Shown: positions 56,033 to 58,972 of the stretch, piece by piece | How the letters are laid out: each line of letters starts with the position of its first letter | How positions within the stretch are numbered: the stretch's first letter is position 1 | Assembly: GCA_048213135.1 (NCBI GenBank) | Contig: PS015093.1 | Coordinates: 171,443 to 230,414 of the forward strand | Origin: Reclinomonas americana ATCC 50394 | Lineage: Eukaryota | Direction: 5' to 3' | DNA length: 58,972 nt | The notes under the pieces: model-generated | What the model was told of the DNA's origin: nothing | The model's database searches: none | The model's input: the letters and a program-made list of their open reading frames with translations, nothing else | Program-made: the position numbers and the translations under genes

Positions 56033-57475
56033 TTTTGATTTCCTCGTCAGCATTGGTATGCGACCACTGGTGAGGAGCAGAAGGCAAAGTCCTTTCTCAG
56101 TTCAGGCTGCATTCTCTGACCAAAGTTGGGGGGTAACAAGGTGGAGATTGGCTTCATGCCGACCCTGCTGGCCTCGGGCAACCAGACGTGGAGTCACTAC
56201 ATGGCCAATGTGACGCCTCCGCGTGACTGGAATCAGTGGGCGTTGCTCGTGGCCGAGTTTGTGGGTCATCTGGTGGACCGATACGGGCTGGCGGAGGTGC
56301 TGCAGTGGAACTTTGAAGTGTGGAATGGTGAGAGGGTGAAAGGGCGCTGTGAGTGAGTGCAGGGAAGCTGACCTTGGGTGTCGCGCATAGAGCCGAACTG
56401 CTGCCCGCACGACTTTTGGACCGGATCGCAGAGTGCGTCGTGTCATCGTCGCCGTCGTGTTGTTACACGGACTCAAGAGGCACTGTGTGCGCATGCCAGG
56501 CGACTACTTTTACCTCTTCAAGGTCACGTCGCAGGCGGCCAAGTCGGTGGATCCTCGCATCCGCGTCGGTGGTCCGGCAACTGGTGTGTTTTTGCGCTCC
56601 ACATCTCTCTCTCTCTCCCGCCCGCCAGTGACATGACTCGCGCGCAGCCATGTCGGCGTGGGTCGCCGACTTTGTCAACTACTGCCGCACCAACAATGTG
56701 GCGTTTGATTTCATCAGCACGCACGAGTATCCCACCGATCCGCCAGGTCCGCAGACCCGTGCGTTCTTTGGCGACCAACTCGCACGCACCCGTGCCACTG
56801 TCGGACCGGGCATTCCGATCTACTACACCGAGTACGACGACGGCTACAACGACGGCACAAGCTATGCGGCCGCCTTTGCCGCCTTCCAGGTGTTCCGCGC
56901 CAATGGTGTCGTGGATGCCATGTCGTGGTGGCCGTTCAGTGATTTGTTTGAGGAGGCGGGATTGCGGCCGGATCCGTTCAATGAGCAGTGTGAGTGGTGG
57001 GGGAGGGGGAGAGGGAGAGAGAGGAGGGGGGGGGGGAAGAGAGGGCCGAAGATGTCAGTGCTTGTGTTTGTTCTGTTGCGCAGTGTCTGAGGGTGAGAGG
57101 ACGGAGAGGAGAAGGGGGAAGAATAGAGTGTCTGCGTGCTGCAATTGTTGGGGAGAAAGGAGAGGTTGTTGTTGTTGCAAGTGAAGGGAAGGTGAACGAA
57201 TGAAGCGCGTGTTGTTTGGGCGGCAGAAGCGGAGAAGCAGAGAGCCGAGGAGGAGTAGGAATGCATACTGCTGTTGCAGTTACTGGTGGTGGAGAGGAGC
57301 ATGCACAGGAGAGAAGCAGAGCAGAGATGTACGGAGAGCCGACAACAGGGTAGTGTGAATCGAGCGCCTTCATGTCGCTGATGTGGGGGAGGAAGTAGAG
57401 GTTGTTGTTATTGGTGTTGTTGTTGTTGTTGTGGAGAACTGACGGAGAAGTGGCGAAGAAAAAGTGGAGCGCCCG

Positions 57476-57537
<62 letters not shown>

Positions 57538-58647
57538 GAGAAGTGACGGAGAAGCGGCGAAGAAAGAATGAAGCGCCCGTTGTTGGGGAGGACGGGGAGA
57601 ATGGAGACAAGAGCAGAGAAGTGGAGAAGGCGAGAAAGAGGAGATGGCAAGGTGGGTTGACGTTGCCCCCTGAAAGCGAGTGAGGACCTTGCAAAGTTGA
57701 GCAGAGTAGTAGAGATGGAAGACGATGCGTCAATTCAAAATGCTTCCGTTCCTGTTGTCAGTTGGAAGCAGGTAGCGAATAACAGAAGAGCTCGAGAGTT
57801 TAAACTGGCGTCTGCATATGCCTGTTGTTGCTAGAAGAGAAAAGAAGTGAAAAACGACGGGAGGGAGTGAGGGTGAGGGGAGGGAATGGAGTGTCCATAT
57901 GCTGCTGTTGATTTGGGGAAGAGAAGGAAGAGTGGAAAACGTGAGGCGAGTAGCAAGCGATGGGAGACAGCCGACAACAACAAATAATGCAATAATAGAA
58001 GAAACATTCACTGAGCATGCACAACAATGAGCATCTAACAGTGATCGTCAGCAAGTCTTGTGTGCTTTCCTTCTCCACATTCTCCTCCACATCGCTTTAA
58101 TACAGCTCACTCTCTCCCTCCCTTCTCCCTTCCGTCTCCCTTCTCCCTTCTCGCCTTCGCCTCCAAAGGGCTCCCTGTTGCCGGCCTGCTCAACATCTAC
58201 GGCATTCCGAAACCATCGTACCGCGCCTTCCAGCTTCTGCACTGGACCGGCGACAAGCTGCTCGCCACCACTCCCGACTTCATGTCGCACCCGTCGGTGG
58301 GCGTCTTTGCTGTCGGCGGCAACGGCACGTCGGTGTTTGTCGTCAACTGGAATGTGAAGAACCAGACGCCGCCACAGCCGCAGTCGGTGCAGGTGACGGT
58401 GCGCGGTCTGCCTGCCACTCCCACCCCCAAGGCCGTGGCCTACTACATTGACGAGCACAGTGCGAACGCGCTGCCGACGTGGATCAAGATGGGCCGCCCG
58501 CCGTACTTGTCGCCGGCGCAGGTCGCCGTGCTGCAGGAGGCGTCGGAGTTGCAAGCCGAGCCGCTGGCGTTGCAGATTGACTCCAGTGGCGTGACATTCA
58601 CCGTCACTGTCGCCTCGAATGCGCTGGTGAATGTGGTCATTCGATGA
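56033..58647 (+). CDS. GH39 beta-xylosidase-like glycoside hydrolase, main body, multi-exon
   Basis: FDFLVSIGMRPL|VEIGFMPTLLASG; HLVDRYG; FEVWN|EPN (acid/base Glu); RVGGPAT; DFISTHEYPTD; YYTEY (nucleophile); SWWPFSDLFEE; GLLNIYGIPKPSYRAFQLLH. Confidence 0.92.
57475..57538. repeat. (TTG)n microsatellite in a GH39 intron
   Basis: Perfect trinucleotide run. Confidence 0.95.
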
Positions 58648-58972
58648 GTGTAAGCCAAACAACAACAACAACACCACTGCGCCTGTGGTCAACGTCGCCT
58701 TCAACCCTCAGTCCTCTTGTTTCTCACTGTGCGGCCACCGGTCAGTGGCTGTCACAGTGTTGAAATCACTACTGCGACAACAGTGCCAACAACTTCTCAA
58801 GCCACCACCGATATGAGCCAGCAACATGACAAGCTCTCTTCTGTTTCTGCCACACCACCACTGCTTTTGCTTTGCCTGCTTCACGGATCCGGACCCGGCT
58901 TTGCTTTGTTTGCCTGGCTTATGGCCTTTTCCCGAATTCGATGTGCCGTTTACGATCGCAGGAAACGCTATG

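Overview
Gapped draft scaffold of an intron-rich eukaryote, probably a protist: GC-rich exons, GT-AG introns filled with CT/GA microsatellites and intron-private minisatellites, and short intergenic gaps. Genes I spliced by hand, in order: HAUS6 (augmin subunit 6, 5'-partial), a signal-peptide PPC/DUF296 protein, a large NLR-like STAND gene (probable ubiquitin-like domain, HEPN, NACHT, pentapeptide repeats, 14 WD40 repeats), an FCP1/SCP-type phosphatase, an intronless bacterial-looking PNPOx-like gene, a DDX51/Dbp6 DEAD-box helicase, an unknown gene, an RNI-type LRR protein, TMEM147, V-ATPase subunit a, a low-complexity unknown gene and a secreted GH39 glycosidase. Several small contigs appear to be placed in the wrong orientation. 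The most interesting signals are (1) the HEPN-armed NLR-like receptor with hypervariable WD40 repeats, (2) a frequent shifted splice-donor class GTTG(C/A)G found only after exons ending in a non-G base, and (3) a systematic purine-rich/pyrimidine-rich polarity at long-intron ends that extends into exon codon usage. All family assignments come from motif recognition; no database search was run.
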